Shown here one piece after another: positions 49,102 through 51,935 of a stretch of DNA of 51,935 bases. This stretch comes from Monosiga brevicollis MX1 (taxonomy: Eukaryota). The position numbers and the translations under genes were made by a program. The first letter of the stretch is position 1. The number at the start of each line of letters is the position of its first letter. Location of the stretch: positions 725,617 through 777,551 of the forward strand of contig NW_001865055.1 of assembly GCF_000002865.3 (NCBI RefSeq), written 5' to 3'. The notes under the pieces are model-generated. The model saw only the letters and a list, made by a program, of their open reading frames with translations. It was not told where the DNA came from and searched no databases.

Positions 49102-50715
49102 CTAGGGCTCTTCAAACTCGGAGACGTTGGTCAAGGTGCTGACGTTTGTGAGGCGGGCTGGATGTCCGGAAGCTTGTTCGTCATCGGCATCACCACCACC
49201 GTCAGTTTCGTCGTCTGCATCTGGGTCGCTGATATCAGTCATGACACCCTTGGTATTCATGCTGTTGAGCTTGCGCTCTGTGGAACGCAGGGCTGTTTTG
49301 ACATCGTCGATGGAGAGAAGGCCATCACCTGAGATGTCGAGTTCGTCAAAGCGATCCAGAATGCGGCGGATGATGTTTGGTTTGACGACGCCGTTCAGGA
49401 CGAGGAAAGCGGCCAGAAACTCAGCCTTGTCCACATTGCCGTCGCGATCCATGTCCAGGGCATCGACAATGTCCTTGGTCAAGTTGACGGACAGGGAGTC
49501 GAGCATTTCGTGGCGCATGATTTGGCGGCTGATGAGGCTCGAGGTCCAGGAGAGAACCTGGAGCATGAAAAAGAAGAAAACGACAATGTAGATGATGGTA
49601 AACCACATTCCACCGACAAACTGCTCCTGCACCAGGACCGAGGTGCCGTTTGGGAAGGTGACGTTGGCTTCGCGATAGGAGGGTACAACGTCACCAAAGC
49701 CCACGGACATGCCGGTGACGACGCTCCAGTAGACGGCGTTGATGGGTCCAAAGTTGAGAGCATGTGTGGCAAACAAGACTCCGACCAAGAGGAGAATGAA
49801 AATGCCAATGCCGCCCATGATGACGGTTTGAAGGTTTGGTGGCAGGCGATGCCACAAGCGGCGGGTCCAGTGGCGTGCGCGATTGGCGCGCCAACTACGG
49901 CGCTGTTGAGAGGGCACTTGAAGGGCACGGACGGACTCTTTGAAGCGGGAGGACATTTCTTGCGTGGCCGCTAGGCGCGAGCCGCGATTGGCTTGTACGC
50001 TGATAATCAGCGTGAACAATCCCACACCCTGCAAAGATGACGCCAGACACGGGGGTGCGACGCATCCAAACATGAGCATCCAGGCCAAATCATTGGGATT
50101 GGCCCATTCGAAGCGCATCTCGGCTTGGTTCGGCAGGGCGGAAAAAAAGGGATGCATACCATGAGAGCGTAAAAAGCCGTAAAAAGTTTACCACCTTCTG
50201 TGATGGGCACAATGTCACCATAGCCTGTGCGTGCCGTGGTGTAGCGTGCAAGAGGCAGCGTACAAAGTGGTGAGTCAAGTCAACGACGGCAAACAAAACA
50301 TGGAACGGTAGGTGAATTGACGTGGGGTTGGACACGCACCGGTGGTCGTGCTGATCATCATGATGACGTAAAGGCTTTCGGTGAAAGTCCAGCCTTCAAG
50401 CTCAATGTAGGAGACAATGCCGGCGACAAAGTAGACGACCACGTAGATCATGATCAGGAGGTCGATGCCGGTAAAGTGAGGACACCGGCGAGTGGGTTTG
50501 GTGGCCTGAAGGGTGGCAACAGCAGTCAGATTGTTGGTGCTTCCCGGTTTGCTACGGGCTTCGTGAGAGCGCATCAGGGCGGCATCGGCGGCTGGGGAGG
50601 CCGGCGCTTCAAGGCCAGGCTCTTCGGGTCCAATGTCGGGCGGCGCGGGCGCAATATCAGGCGGAGGCTTGGACATTTCCGTCATGGCGATGGGGCTTGA
50701 GGCCAACTGCGTCAT
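49102..50715 (-). CDS. Two-pore (4TM/2P) potassium channel with C-terminal EF-hands, TPK/KCO-like; multi-exon
   Basis: First pore STTT-GYGDIVP (split by an intron of about 50224-50339), second pore MSVGFGDVVP, four hydrophobic helices, EF-hand loops DMDRDGNVDKAE and DISGDGLLSIDD. Confidence 0.88.
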
Positions 50716-51052
50716 GTTGAACAAAGCAGGGCCTGCGGAGGCACGCAAGGGCGGGAGGTGCGTGTTGCTGCGTGTGGCAGACGGTAATGGCCATGAGCCA
50801 AAGGGTAGGGGGAGTTTGGGTCTTCAGCGCGGAAGCAAAGTTGGCCACGCGCACGACTTGAAACGGTCGAGCACCAGGTGAACGTGACCAAGGAAGAGTT
50901 GAACCTAAGAGAGAGAGAAAAAGAGGGAGAGAGAGAGAGAGAGAGACAGGGGGCGATGGTCGTTGACACGGTGAGATGAATGCTGGTTCAGGTGCGCGCG
51001 CATGGAGGAAGAGAAGGAGCAAACGGACGGGGGTGTCGACCAACAGAAAGAG

Positions 51053-51102
51053 NNNNNNNNNNNNNNNNNNNNNNNNNNNNNNNNNNNNNNNNNNNNNNNN
51101 NN
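51053..51102. other. Assembly gap (50 N)
   Basis: Run of n. The sequence to its right duplicates 50802-50945. Confidence 1.
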
Positions 51103-51223
51103 AGGGTAGGGGGAGTTTGGGTCTTCAGCGCGGAAGCCAAGTTGGCCACGCGCACGACTTGAAACGGTCGAGCACCAGGTGAACGTGACCAAGGAAGAGT
51201 TGAACCTAAGAGAGAGAGAAAAA

Positions 51224-51360
<137 letters not shown>

Positions 51361-51935
51361 AGAAAGAACAACAACGACAACAGTTGTTGTTAACATTTGC
51401 TTCGCAACAGCATTAAATTTTTCTGTTTTTTTTTTTTTTTCCGTTTTTTCTGATTTTTTAAAAAATTTGTTTTCTCATCATCTCGATAAATAGATTCGCG
51501 CAGCGCGCGCGCGCACTTGATCCGGGGTTTGACGGGTTGCACTGCAGAACAGACCCCAGTCGAACGTGAGTTGGCAGCTGTTTGCCTCGGCTCTGAACCT
51601 TTGCCGGCGGCTCAGTAACGGGGGTCGCTTGATGTGCTCGGCTCCTGGTGGTTGGCTGGATTGTCAGGGAGGCATTTGTCGTGCTTGATTGAGGACACAG
51701 ACTGGAGCGCACCGCAGGGCAACTGTGCTGGCATCGGCAAATGGGACTTGGGCGTTTGGGATCAAGTGTTCTGGGCCCTTTGAGACAGCTATAGTGTTTC
51801 CGACTCGCATGCACATGCCTTTCCATACCAGCCTCCGAGCTACCGGGCCACAGGCCCCCTGTTACTAGGTGGCTCGTCGGCGTTGTCACCATGACAGAGC
51901 ATGCCGCGGAGGGGCCCTCGCTGGCGGATGGCCAG

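Overview
Eukaryotic genomic DNA with many short GT-AG introns, long (GT)n/(GA)n microsatellites and two 50-N assembly gaps. Gene content and style suggest a choanoflagellate such as Monosiga (inference). Conserved intron-containing genes: an MDM1-like microtubule-lumen protein (runs off the left edge), a KIF12-like kinesin, a TPP1/sedolisin S53 peptidase, a CBS-domain AMPK-gamma/KING1-like protein, SMC1, a chondroitin-synthase-like glycosyltransferase, a CCDC66/CSPP1-like coiled-coil protein, GCAT/kbl and a TPK-type two-pore K+ channel with EF-hands. The standout is a family of intronless secreted FG-GAP/'calcium-blade' beta-propeller genes: a tandem array at about 5.7-15.9 kb plus an inverted copy at 24.4-25.8 kb. 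It comprises three intact genes, one with a single frameshift, one 10-repeat pseudogene and several remnants. All intact or near-intact copies have exactly seven 50-aa blades with a near-invariant scaffold and two hypervariable loops per blade. They share an N-terminal leader, show blade-level shuffling, and several copies carry a doubled upstream motif. The family looks like a recombination-diversified recognition-protein repertoire, possibly of bacterial origin.
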